The position numbers were made by a program, and so were the translations under genes. Positions 1-8,478 of a stretch of DNA of 48,643 bases are shown here, in pieces; the first letter of the stretch is position 1; each line of letters begins with the position of its first letter. The notes under the pieces were generated by a model. It saw only the letters and a program-made list of their open reading frames with translations, searched no databases and was not told where the DNA came from. The stretch comes from Methylovirgula sp. (GTDB taxonomy: Bacteria; Pseudomonadota; Alphaproteobacteria; Rhizobiales; Beijerinckiaceae), in the NCBI GenBank assembly GCA_050728495.1, contig JBOHJJ010000056.1, forward strand, positions 1 to 48,643. Reading direction: 5' to 3'.

Positions 1-51
1 GGCACCGAAGGCGCCGAGGACAAGCTGTTTGCTGAGCGTGCGTCGATCCAC
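1..51 (-). CDS. 5' fragment of a possible exported protein with a twin-arginine-like signal (runs off the window edge)
   Basis: Minus strand from GTG at 51 reads MDRRTLSKQLVLGAFGA, an RR motif followed by a hydrophobic stretch, with GAGA upstream. Only 17 codons are visible. Confidence 0.35.
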   Translation of the reverse strand, partial: MDRRTLSKQLVLGAFGA

Positions 52-236
52 TTTGATCTCGTAGCGTACGAACTCTACTCGCTTCAGCGGTTATCGCGCC
101 CGTCACTGCGCATGTCCAGACAGCGACTGGCGCGAACCCCGGCGCTGAACCCTAACCTCGAATTCCACAAACGGAGTATAAGGGATCGGAACACGTCCCT
201 TTGGCCTTCGCAAGCCGGCACGCAGGAAACCATCGA

Positions 237-413
237 ATGAACAAAGAAAACGAGCATCGAAGAGAGCGGCGAAAGTCCGTCGATCGACGCGATTGGCGGC
301 ACATCCATCATTCGCCGCTTTTCTGGCTTGGCGTCCTGATGTTTTTGGCGGCCGTTTCGATTTATGTATTGAGCGATGATCTAGCGTGGCGACCGCGCAT
401 CGAGCACAAGTGA
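237..413 (+). CDS. small single-pass membrane hypothetical protein (58 aa)
   Basis: ATG at 237 after AGGA. Charged N-terminus, then the hydrophobic segment LFWLGVLMFLAAVSIYVL. In frame with ORF 201..413. Confidence 0.6.
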   Translation: MNKENEHRRERRKSVDRRDWRHIHHSPLFWLGVLMFLAAVSIYVLSDDLAWRPRIEHK

Positions 414-460
414 GCATGCCGCTGTCTTGACGATGCCGCGATAGGACTGCCGCGCCCGTG

Positions 461-489
461 TTGCAACGGAGTGGCGAGCAGAGCATATT
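461..489 (+). promoter_or_regulatory. putative sigma70 promoter of tRNA-Gly
   Basis: TTGCAA-N17-CATATT, ending 10 nt before the tRNA. Confidence 0.5.
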
Positions 490-499
490 CGCGTCCCAA

Positions 500-573
500 G
501 CGGGTGTAGCTCAATGGTAGAGCAGCAGCCTTCCAAGCTGAATACGAGGGTTCGATTCCCTTCACCCGCTCCA
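500..573 (+). tRNA. tRNA-Gly (TCC)
   Basis: Acceptor stem GCGGGTG/CACCCGC, anticodon TCC, T-loop TTCGATT, encoded CCA. Confidence 0.97.
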
Positions 574-637
574 GTTTTTCGACAAGAGAATTGAGACACC
601 GGCGGCCGCGCCGGCAAAATTTCATAGGGAGAAATCC

Positions 638-958
638 ATGATCGTCGCAACGACCAATGAGATCGTTGGTTACCGTATTGTCCGCCATCTCGGCCTGGTG
701 CGCGGGGTAACCGTGCGCTCGCGCAGTGTCGTCGGCAATCTGGTCGGCGGCCTTCAATCGATCTTCGGCGGCAAGCTCGGCGCCTTCGTGCAATTGGCGG
801 AAACCGCCCGCCAGGAGGCGCTCGACCATATGTGCGAGCACGCCAGCCAAAGCGGCGGCAATGCGGTCGTCTGCATGCGCTACGACGCCAATGAGATCAT
901 GGACGGTATCACCGAAGTTCTGGCCTATGGCACGGCGGTTTGGGTCGAGCCGGCCTAG
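638..958 (+). CDS. YbjQ/UPF0145 family protein (putative heavy-metal-binding domain)
   Basis: MIVATTNEIVG...GLVRGVTVRSR...ARQEAL...GGNAVVCMRYD...EVLAYGTAV pattern; RBS AGGGAG. Confidence 0.9.
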   Translation: MIVATTNEIVGYRIVRHLGLVRGVTVRSRSVVGNLVGGLQSIFGGKLGAFVQLAETARQEALDHMCEHASQSGGNAVVCMRYDANEIMDGITEVLAYGTAVWVEPA

Positions 959-1407
959 CCAGTCGGGGTCTTTTGCATCTGATGCCAGGCTTTTTCCGCC
1001 TTCTCGGTGTAGTCCTTGGGCGCATCGAGGAAATAGACGAGCGAAGTCGCCGTGGAGAAACAAAACAGCCGGTGCGTGTCCGGATCCGCCCAATTGATCG
1101 AGCAATCGGCGGGGATCTTCTTTCCAGCGATCACTCCGATCGGATCGTTGTTGTCAAACGCGCCCTTCATCTTGACCGGCGGCACGACCCATTTCCAAAT
1201 GCCTCTTTCGCCGCCTTGCGCGTTCGCGATCCGCGGATCTTGCAGCGTATCCTTCATGGCCGCCGCCGAGTTCGCCTGATCGTTGACGGGAGCGTCGGAC
1301 GCCACTTGCCCGGCCGACTGCGCCAAAGCCGCCGTGCCGAACGGCGCGCAGGAGATCGAGAGTGCCGTCACAACGGCAGCGAGCGGAGTGGCGGAACGGG
1401 CGGTCAT
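955..1407 (-). CDS. secreted protein with a YHS-like domain
   Basis: Sec-type signal ending ALA-Q. C-terminal DPIG...DCSINW...LFCFST...FLDAPKDY resembles a YHS fold. RBS AGGAG upstream. Confidence 0.7.
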   Translation of the reverse strand: MTARSATPLAAVVTALSISCAPFGTAALAQSAGQVASDAPVNDQANSAAAMKDTLQDPRIANAQGGERGIWKWVVPPVKMKGAFDNNDPIGVIAGKKIPADCSINWADPDTHRLFCFSTATSLVYFLDAPKDYTEKAEKAWHQMQKTPTG

Positions 1408-1491
1408 GAAGGAACTCCTCGGCAGGGCTGAAGGCAGGCGGGGCTGCTTGCCTTATCGCGCCGCGACCCGCTAAACATATCTAGGCTTGCT

Positions 1492-1568
1492 AGGAGTGTA
1501 GCTCAATTGGCTAGAGCACCGGTCTCCAAAACCGGGGGTTGGGGGTTCGAGTCCCTCCTCTCCTGCCA
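1492..1568 (+). tRNA. tRNA-Trp (CCA)
   Basis: Anticodon arm CCGGT-CTCCAAA-ACCGG, T-arm GGGGG-TTCGAGT-CCCTC, encoded CCA. Confidence 0.96.
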
Positions 1569-1650
1569 TCTCCCCTGAAGCCGCGGATTTCCGCACATTT
1601 TTTGGCAGGCCGCAAAGGCTCGCCGCCCCGGCCGGCGCCTGAGCCAAATG

Positions 1651-1667
1651 TCTACAAAATTTATAGA
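1651..1667. promoter_or_regulatory. AT-rich imperfect palindrome, candidate operator of the sulfate transport operon
   Basis: TCTACAAAATTTATAGA has dyad symmetry and lies just upstream of TTGACT (1674-1679). Confidence 0.45.
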
Positions 1668-1731
1668 ATAAGCTTGACTTCTGTTCCGCCACGGTTTTTC
1701 GTCCGTGACGATCGCTGCCGCCGACCGGGGG

Positions 1732-2838
1732 ATGGACATGCGTGGATTGAGGATCGCAGCTTTCGGCTTGGCGCTTGTCGGTGGTGTTGCATTGGCGGGC
1801 GGTTGGGCCATGCAGGCGCGCAGCGCCCAGAACGTCACGATTCTAAACGTCTCCTATGACCCAACCCGCGAACTTTATGCGGCCATCAATGACCTTTTCG
1901 TCGACGCCTATAAGGCGAAGACCGGCGTCAACGTCCTCGTCGAACAATCCCACGGCGGTTCGAGCAGACAGGCCCGCGCGGTGATCGAAGGATTGCAAGC
2001 CGACGTCGTCACTCTCGGCCTCGGCTGGGACATAACCGCAATCCAGCGCGCCGGCCTAATCAAGCCCGGCTGGCAGAACCGCTTCCCCTACAACGCCGCT
2101 CCCTATACTTCGACCGTCGCTTTCCTCGTCCGCAAGGGCAATCCCAAACACATCCACGACTGGAAAGATCTGCTGCGCCCCGACGTGCAAGTCATCGCAC
2201 CCAATCCGAAAGTCAGCGGGGCAGGGCGCTGGGCGTTCCTCGGCCTGTGGGGCGCCGTCGCCGGCGCCAAGACCTATGACCTATCGACGCCCCAAGGCCT
2301 CGCGGCATCGATCGCCGCCGGCAAAGCGGCCAAGGATTTCCCGGTCTACAAAAGCGCCGCCGCGCTCGCCGCGGTGACCGAACTCTATAAACACGTCCCG
2401 GTGCTCGATACCGGCGCCCGCGCTGCGACCGTGACCTTCGCGCAAAAGGGAATCGGCGACGTGCTGCTCAATTGGGAGAACGAACTTTATCTCGCCGAGG
2501 ACGAATTCGGCAAAGACAAGTTCGACATCGTCTATCCCTCGGTGAGCGTGCTCGGCGAACCGCCGGTCGCCGTCGTCGATTCGGTTGTCGACAGGAAGGG
2601 CACGCGCGCCGTCGCCGAGGCCTATCTCAATTTTCTCTATTCGAAAGAGGCGCAGGACGTGATCGCCCAATGGCATTATCGTCCCCGCGACACCGCGATC
2701 CTTAAGAAATATAGCGCCGACTTCCCGCGGCTGAAACTGTTTACGGTCGATCAAGCCTTCGGCGGCTGGCCGAAGGCGCAGCAAACCTTCTTTGCCGACG
2801 GCGGCGTGTTCGATCAGATCTACAAGCCAACGAACTAG
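1732..2838 (+). CDS. sbp: sulfate ABC transporter periplasmic binding protein
   Basis: Motifs ILNVSYDPTRELY, QSHGGSSRQAR, RKGNPK, GIGDVLLNWENE, FFADGGVFDQIY; signal peptide; start ATG at 1732 (or 1738) after GGGGG. Confidence 0.95.
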   Translation: MDMRGLRIAAFGLALVGGVALAGGWAMQARSAQNVTILNVSYDPTRELYAAINDLFVDAYKAKTGVNVLVEQSHGGSSRQARAVIEGLQADVVTLGLGWDITAIQRAGLIKPGWQNRFPYNAAPYTSTVAFLVRKGNPKHIHDWKDLLRPDVQVIAPNPKVSGAGRWAFLGLWGAVAGAKTYDLSTPQGLAASIAAGKAAKDFPVYKSAAALAAVTELYKHVPVLDTGARAATVTFAQKGIGDVLLNWENELYLAEDEFGKDKFDIVYPSVSVLGEPPVAVVDSVVDRKGTRAVAEAYLNFLYSKEAQDVIAQWHYRPRDTAILKKYSADFPRLKLFTVDQAFGGWPKAQQTFFADGGVFDQIYKPTN

Positions 2839-2933
2839 ATTGGAGTGCGCATTGCCGGTATCTTCGCCGCGCCTTCCTGATCGGCGAGCGGCGCGACCGC
2901 TCTTCGCAAGAGACTGAGTAAGAGACTGAGTTC

Positions 2934-3839
2934 ATGACTCGCGCCTCCCACGTCATTCCGGGTCTCCCGCTCACGCTCGGCTATACCCTGTTCTATCTGT
3001 CGCTGCTTATTTTGCTGCCGCTCGCGGCGCTTGTCATCAAGACGACGCAGCTCACCTGGAGCGAATTTTACGGGACGCTCGTCGATCCGGTGGTGGTCGC
3101 CGCTTTCCGGCTCACGCTCGGCGCGGCCATTCTCGCTGCCGCGATCAACGGCATCTTCGGCCTGATCGTCGCCTGGGTTCTGGTGCGCGAGCCGTTTTTC
3201 GGACGGCGGTTCTTCGACGCCTTGATCGATTTCCCCTTCGCGCTGCCGACCGCGGTCGCTGGCATCACCTTCAGCACGCTCTATCTTAAAGACGGTTGGA
3301 TCGGCGGCTTCGGCGATCACCTTGTCGCCGCCGCTAATTTTCTGGCGGGCCGCGTCGGGCATCCCGACCTTTTGCCGAGCGGTGCGCTCTCCTTTCTCGA
3401 CTTTCCGTTCAGCAACACCAATGCCGGCATCGTTATCGTCCTGGTCTTTGTCGGTCTCCCTTTTGTGGTGCGCACCGTGCAGCCGGTGCTTCAGGAATGG
3501 GATCCCGAATATGAGCAGGCGGCGCATAGTCTCGGAGCGAACCGGTTCATGACCTTTCGCCGCGTCATCTTTCCGGAGATCTTTCCCGCTTGGCTGAGCG
3601 GCATCGCGCTCGCCTTCGCCCGCGCCATCGGCGAATACGGCTCGGTCATCTTCATCGCCAGCAACATTCCCGGCAAATCGCAGATCGTGCCGCTGCAAAT
3701 CGTCATCAAGCTCGACGAATTTAAAACGCCGCAGGCAACCGCGATCGGCGTCGTCCTGCTCCTCATCTCGCTGTTCGTTTTGCTTGGCATCAACGGCATC
3801 GAATTCTGGTCGAGGCGCCGCCAGCGGGCGGTGGCATAA
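2934..3839 (+). CDS. cysT: sulfate ABC transporter permease CysT (CysU)
   Basis: DFPFALPTAVAG, LPFVVRTVQPVL, EAA loop EQAAHSLGA, ARAIGEYGSVIFI. Confidence 0.93.
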   Translation: MTRASHVIPGLPLTLGYTLFYLSLLILLPLAALVIKTTQLTWSEFYGTLVDPVVVAAFRLTLGAAILAAAINGIFGLIVAWVLVREPFFGRRFFDALIDFPFALPTAVAGITFSTLYLKDGWIGGFGDHLVAAANFLAGRVGHPDLLPSGALSFLDFPFSNTNAGIVIVLVFVGLPFVVRTVQPVLQEWDPEYEQAAHSLGANRFMTFRRVIFPEIFPAWLSGIALAFARAIGEYGSVIFIASNIPGKSQIVPLQIVIKLDEFKTPQATAIGVVLLLISLFVLLGINGIEFWSRRRQRAVA

Positions 3840-3841
3840 GC

Positions 3842-4951
3842 ATGGCGGGCGCGCCGATCAGCAAAGCGCACGCGGCGGAGGCGCCCGCCGCTCGGCCGGC
3901 TGCGAAGCGATCGCCGGTGGGACGGCTGCTGATCGCGGTGACCGTCCTGTTTCTGACGGCCTTCGTGGTGCTGCCGGTCATCAATGTCTTCTCGCAGGCG
4001 CTGTCGAACGGCGTCGGCGCTTATGTCGAGACCTTCTACGCGCCGCCGAGCCATGTCGCGCAGCCGTCGTTATCCGAAAAACTAAAGGCGGACGCCAAAC
4101 GCGGCCAGGTGGAGCGCACCTGGAGCGCGATCCGCTTGAGCTGCATCGTGGCGGCGATCGTCGTGCCGCTCAACATCGTCTTCGGATTGGCGGCGGCCTG
4201 GGCGATCAGCAAATTCCAATTTCGCGGCCGCGTATTGTTGATCACGCTGATCGATCTGCCGTTCTCGATCTCCCCGGTGATTGCCGGATTGGTTTTCGTG
4301 CTGCTCCTTGGCCGCGGCGGCATATTCGGCGATTGGGCCACCAACTTGCAGTGGCCGGATCCGACCTCGCTCGCTTGGCAGGGTTTTTCCGGCCACTTCT
4401 GGCCGTTCGTCTTCGCGCGCACCTACCAGGGAATCATCTTCACGCCGCTCGCCATCGTGCTCGCCACGATCTTCGTGACCTTTCCTTTCGTCGCCCGCTC
4501 GCTCATTCCGCTGATGGACGCGCAGGGATTGGAGGAGGAACTCGCCGCGCTCTCGCTGGGAGCCGGCGGCTGGCGCACGTTCCGGACCGTCACGCTCGCC
4601 AACATCAAATGGGGCCTGCTCTATGGCACGATCCTGTGCACCGCCCGCGCCTTCGGCGAATTCGGCGCGGTCTCGGTGGTTTCCGGCCATATCGATGTCA
4701 ACGACACGATGCCGCTCAGAATCGAAAAACTATGGAACGAATATAATACGCAGGCGGCGTTCAGCGTCGCGACCTTGCTGGCGGGGCTGGCGGTTTTGAC
4801 TCTGATCATCAAGGGCGCCGTCGAATGGAAAACGAACCGAACGCAAACCGCCGAACCCTTCGAGAAGGAGGTAAAGTCCGATGAGCATAGAAGTGCGGGG
4901 GATCAGCAAATCCTACGGCTCCGCCCAGGCGCTCAAGGACGTGAGCCTTAA
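3842..4951 (+). CDS. cysW: sulfate ABC transporter permease CysW
   Basis: [39 protein letters not shown]; 3' end overlaps cysA. Confidence 0.92.
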   Translation: MAGAPISKAHAAEAPAARPAAKRSPVGRLLIAVTVLFLTAFVVLPVINVFSQALSNGVGAYVETFYAPPSHVAQPSLSEKLKADAKRGQVERTWSAIRLSCIVAAIVVPLNIVFGLAAAWAISKFQFRGRVLLITLIDLPFSISPVIAGLVFVLLLGRGGIFGDWATNLQWPDPTSLAWQGFSGHFWPFVFARTYQGIIFTPLAIVLATIFVTFPFVARSLIPLMDAQGLEEELAALSLGAGGWRTFRTVTLANIKWGLLYGTILCTARAFGEFGAVSVVSGHIDVNDTMPLRIEKLWNEYNTQAAFSVATLLAGLAVLTLIIKGAVEWKTNRTQTAEPFEKEVKSDEHRSAGDQQILRLRPGAQGREP

Positions 4952-5909
4952 GGTCAACTCGGGCGAACTCGTCGCGCTGCTCGGCCCGAGCGGCTCCGGC
5001 AAGACGACGTTGCTGCGTGTGATCGCCGGCATCGAGGATGCCGACCCCGGCAACGGGAAAGTTCTCTTCGACGACATCGACGTCTCCGCAACCGGGGTCG
5101 GCCAGCGGCGCATCGGTTTCGTCTTCCAGCATTACGCGCTCTTCAAGCGGATGAGCGTGTTCGAGAACATTGCCTTCGGTCTTCGCTCCAAGCCTTGGCG
5201 GGAGCGTCCGTCCAACGCCGCGATCCGGGCGAAAGTCGAGGAACTGCTGGCTCTAGTGCAACTGCAGAATTTCGCCGCCCGCTATCCGCACCAGCTCTCC
5301 GGCGGGCAGCGCCAGCGCGTCGCGCTGGCCCGCGCGCTGGCCGTCGAGCCGCGCGTTCTGCTGCTCGACGAACCGTTCGGCGCACTCGACGCAACCGTAA
5401 GGCGCGAGCTTCGCCGTTGGCTGCGCAAGCTGCACGAGCGCATTCGCGTCACCTCGATTTTCGTCACCCACGACCAGGAGGAGGCGCTCGAAGTCGCCGA
5501 CCGCATCGCCGTCATGAACAAAGGCGGGATCGAGCAGATCGGTTCGCCCGAAGAAGTCTACGAGCGGCCGGCCAATCCCTTCGTGTATGGATTTTTGGGG
5601 AGCTACAACCTGTTCCACGCCCGCCATGACGGCGTGCCGCGCGGCGATGCGCCGGTGACCTTCGTGCGGCCGTACGACGTCGAAATCCTGCGCGAAAATC
5701 CAGACGGCTCGGCGATCGCCGCGAAGGTGTGCCATATCGGCTTTGCGGGCGCGGCGGTGAACGTCGAACTCGTCAGGCAGGACGACCATCAGCAGATCGA
5801 AGCGGAACTCACCAACCAGGCGTATCGCGCCTTGGGCCTCAAGCTGGACGACGAGGTCTTCATTCGGCTCCGCAACCAGCATTCCTTCTACGAGGATTAC
5901 GCGATCTGA
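4881..5909 (+). CDS. cysA: sulfate ABC transporter ATP-binding subunit
   Basis: Walker [48 protein letters not shown]. Confidence 0.95.
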   Translation: MSIEVRGISKSYGSAQALKDVSLKVNSGELVALLGPSGSGKTTLLRVIAGIEDADPGNGKVLFDDIDVSATGVGQRRIGFVFQHYALFKRMSVFENIAFGLRSKPWRERPSNAAIRAKVEELLALVQLQNFAARYPHQLSGGQRQRVALARALAVEPRVLLLDEPFGALDATVRRELRRWLRKLHERIRVTSIFVTHDQEEALEVADRIAVMNKGGIEQIGSPEEVYERPANPFVYGFLGSYNLFHARHDGVPRGDAPVTFVRPYDVEILRENPDGSAIAAKVCHIGFAGAAVNVELVRQDDHQQIEAELTNQAYRALGLKLDDEVFIRLRNQHSFYEDYAI

Positions 5910-5941
5910 GCCCGGCCGGTGCGCGTGCCGGCCGAAATGAC

Positions 5942-5970
5942 TTGGCGGGAGGGACTTCGTAGATTATATA
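5942..5970 (+). promoter_or_regulatory. putative sigma70 promoter of secE-nusG
   Basis: TTGGCG-N17-TATATA. Confidence 0.55.
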
Positions 5971-6107
5971 GAGCGCATGTGGCGCGTGGCCGGTCGGCTC
6001 CGCGCCGCGACTTTTTTGGCCGCAGCGGGAATTGGGTTTAGGATTGCGTTTGGCGATCCCCCGGCAAACCTTTCGCCGGCAAAGCTTCATCGAAAGCGTG
6101 AGCGACA

Positions 6108-6299
6108 GTGGTCAATCCTTTGGAATTTCTTCAGGAGGTGCGCCAGGAAACCCAAAAGGTTACCTGGCCGACGCGGCGCGAGACCCTGACCACGACGGCG
6201 CTCGTCATCGTGATGGTGATCTTGACGAGTCTGTTCTTTCTTGCCGTCGATGAAGTTCTACGCCTGATGGTCCATTTGATCATGAGCCTCGGCCATTGA
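6108..6299 (+). CDS. secE: preprotein translocase subunit SecE
   Basis: [23 protein letters not shown] plus one TM helix; directly upstream of nusG. Confidence 0.95.
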   Translation: MVNPLEFLQEVRQETQKVTWPTRRETLTTTALVIVMVILTSLFFLAVDEVLRLMVHLIMSLGH

Positions 6300-6324
6300 T
6301 TTTAAGGAGCCTCCGAGGGCAGCC

Positions 6325-6855
6325 ATGAGCATGCGCTGGTATATCGTTCACGCCTATTCCAATTTCGAAAAGAAGGTTGCCGAATCGATCCGCGAACAGG
6401 CCGCCCAACGCGGCCTTTCCGCCGAGTTCGAAGAGATTCTGGTACCGACCGAGCAGGTGGTCGAAGTGCGTAAGGGCCGCAAGGTCAATTCCGAGCGCAA
6501 GTTCTTCCCCGGCTACGTCCTCGTCAAATGCGACCTGACCGATGAGATCTATCATCTCATCAAGAACACGCCGAAAGTGACGGGCTTTCTGGGTGCCGAC
6601 AAGAAGCCGATGCCGATTTCTGACGGCGAGGCGGAGCGCATCAAGGGCCAGGTCGCCGAGGGTGTCGAGCGGCCGAAATCGTCGATTTCCTACGAGATCG
6701 GCGAAACGGTCCGGGTTGCCGATGGGCCGTTTGCCTCTTTCAACGGGACGGTCGAAGAGGTTGACGAGGCCCGGTCGCGGGTGAAAGTGGCCGTTTCGAT
6801 CTTCGGCCGCGCCACTCCGGTCGAACTCGAATATACGCAGGTGGAGAAAGTTTGA
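6325..6855 (+). CDS. nusG: transcription termination/antitermination factor NusG
   Basis: [26 protein letters not shown] motif, [12 protein letters not shown]. Confidence 0.98.
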   Translation: MSMRWYIVHAYSNFEKKVAESIREQAAQRGLSAEFEEILVPTEQVVEVRKGRKVNSERKFFPGYVLVKCDLTDEIYHLIKNTPKVTGFLGADKKPMPISDGEAERIKGQVAEGVERPKSSISYEIGETVRVADGPFASFNGTVEEVDEARSRVKVAVSIFGRATPVELEYTQVEKV

Positions 6856-6859
6856 ACGC

Positions 6860-6883
6860 GACCCTCTCCCGGAGGGGAGGGTC
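6860..6883. repeat. short palindromic element (CCCTCTCCC/GGGAGAGGG type)
   Basis: GACCCTCTCC-CGGA-GGGGAGGGTC stem-loop; related to the copies at 18239 and 36660. Confidence 0.55.
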
Positions 6884-6886
6884 AGT

Positions 6887-6936
6887 TGCGTGGGAGACGC
6901 GCCCGGCCGCCAACCGGCGTTGCATCCGACCACGTA
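6887..6936 (+). promoter_or_regulatory. putative L1-binding autoregulatory leader of rplK-rplA
   Basis: TGCGTGG pairs with CCACGTA around a purine-rich internal loop (GGGAG) and an inner GC hairpin, upstream of rplK; resembles L1 operator sites. Confidence 0.5.
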
Positions 6937-6977
6937 CCCGCAACCGCCCGGCAGGCCGGGCCTTGACGAGGTTTATT

Positions 6978-7406
6978 ATGGCAAAGAAAATTGCCGGCTA
7001 TGTGAAATTGCAAGTGCCAGCCGGTTCCGCCAATCCGTCGCCGCCGATCGGTCCGGCGCTCGGGCAGCGCGGCCTCAACATCATGGAGTTCTGCAAGGCC
7101 TTCAATGCGCGCACCGCGCAAATGGAGAAGCGCACGCCCATTCCGGTGATCATCACCGCCTATCAGGACCGCTCCTTTATCTTTGAGATGAAACTGCCGC
7201 CCGTGAGTTATTTTCTGAAAAAGGCGGCGGGTGTCGAGTCGGGCGCCAAGACTCCCGGCCGCGGCTTCGTGGGCAAGGTTACCAAGGCGCAGATCCGCGA
7301 TATCGCAACCAAGAAATTGCCCGATCTCAACTGCGCGAGCGTGGAAGCCGCGGCGCGTCAGATCGAAGGCTCCGCCCGTTCGCTCGGGCTCGAAGTGGTG
7401 GAGTGA
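6978..7406 (+). CDS. rplK: 50S ribosomal protein L11
   Basis: [16 protein letters not shown]...[27 protein letters not shown] at 6978 after GAGG. Confidence 0.98.
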   Translation: MAKKIAGYVKLQVPAGSANPSPPIGPALGQRGLNIMEFCKAFNARTAQMEKRTPIPVIITAYQDRSFIFEMKLPPVSYFLKKAAGVESGAKTPGRGFVGKVTKAQIRDIATKKLPDLNCASVEAAARQIEGSARSLGLEVVE

Positions 7407-7410
7407 TCCG

Positions 7411-8106
7411 ATGAGCCAGGCAGGGAAACGGGTTCGCAATGCACGCTCGGGAATCGACCGGGTCAAGCTCTATCCGCTCGAAGAGGCGGTGAAGCTCGTG
7501 AAGGAACGCGCCAGCGCGAAGTTCGACGAAACCGTCGAAATCGCCATGAACCTCGGGGTTGATCCGAAGCATGCCGACCAGATGGTGCGCGGCGTTGTAA
7601 ATCTGCCGAACGGCACCGGCCGCACACAGCGAGTCGCGGTCTTTGCGCGCGGCGACAAGGCCGACGAAGCGAAGGCAGCGGGCGCCGACATCGTCGGGGC
7701 TGAAGATCTTATCGCAACCGTCCAGGCGGGGACCATCGAGTTCGACCGCTGTATCGCCACGCCCGACTTCATGCCGCTGGTGAGTCGGCTCGGCAAAGTG
7801 TTGGGACCGCGCGGGCTGATGCCGAATCCTCGGGTGGGGACGGTCACGACCGACGTTGCGGCCGCGATCAAGGCGGCTAAGGGCGGGGCGGTCGAATTTC
7901 GGGTGGAAAAGGCGGGAATCGTTCAGGGCAGCGTCGGCAAGGCTTCGTTTGATCAAAAAAAGCTCGTTGAAAACGTCGCAGCCTTCGTCGGCGCCGTTTC
8001 GAAGGCCAAGCCGCAAGGCGCGAAAGGCACGTATATTCAGCGTGTTGCGCTTTCCTCGACGATGGGTCCGGGAGTCAAGGTCGATCCGGCGACGGTGCGA
8101 ATCTGA
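7411..8106 (+). CDS. rplA: 50S ribosomal protein L1
   Basis: [42 protein letters not shown]. Confidence 0.98.
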   Translation: MSQAGKRVRNARSGIDRVKLYPLEEAVKLVKERASAKFDETVEIAMNLGVDPKHADQMVRGVVNLPNGTGRTQRVAVFARGDKADEAKAAGADIVGAEDLIATVQAGTIEFDRCIATPDFMPLVSRLGKVLGPRGLMPNPRVGTVTTDVAAAIKAAKGGAVEFRVEKAGIVQGSVGKASFDQKKLVENVAAFVGAVSKAKPQGAKGTYIQRVALSSTMGPGVKVDPATVRI

Positions 8107-8163
8107 GGACGATCGGCGCGGCTCGCAGGGCTTGACAAGGCGAAGAAATGCGGATTCGTCCCC

Positions 8164-8192
8164 TTGGCACAGCGCGAGGTTGAGGTTAAATA
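8164..8192 (+). promoter_or_regulatory. putative sigma70 promoter of rplJL-rpoBC
   Basis: TTGGCA-N17-TAAATA. Confidence 0.4.
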
Positions 8193-8351
8193 GGGGGTTC
8201 TGGGTTGCGGGCCTAAAGCTCCAGCCTCAAACCCTTTCAGCTTCCGCGTCTTGCACGCCGGGCCTGTTCCGGCAGGTGAGGCGCGGCGGGATGGCCGGTG
8301 GGACGTAGGTTTTGCCAATGCAGCAAAGCAAACGTCTTTGACCGGTCATGT

Positions 8352-8478
8352 CCTGTCCGAGACTGCAGGTGCGCGGACGAACATGCCCCGAAAATTCGGG
8401 AACATTCGCGTCCAAGCTTAATGTCGAGCGCTCGTTCCGGTTCCGGCCGGCGTGCCAAAGATGCCAGCATAGACGGGG
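8352..8478 (+). promoter_or_regulatory. L10 leader (rplJ autoregulatory RNA), approximate bounds
   Basis: CCTGTCCGAGACTGCAGG...TTAAT...CCAGCATAGACGGGG resembles proteobacterial L10 leaders; located upstream of rplJ. Confidence 0.55.

Noticed and set aside
1..240. Plus-strand frame open from base 1 to TGA at 240, overlapping the ATG at 237
   Set aside because: The translation looks non-coding in composition and conflicts with a more plausible minus-strand start at 51. It cannot be excluded without upstream sequence.
500..6107. Possible prophage or integrative element at tRNA-Gly or tRNA-Trp
   Set aside because: No integrase, no direct repeat of either tRNA 3' end found by eye, and no clear composition shift.
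8165..8180. TGGCAC resembling a sigma54 -24 box
   Set aside because: No TTGC at the -12 position; it fits a sigma70 -35 better.
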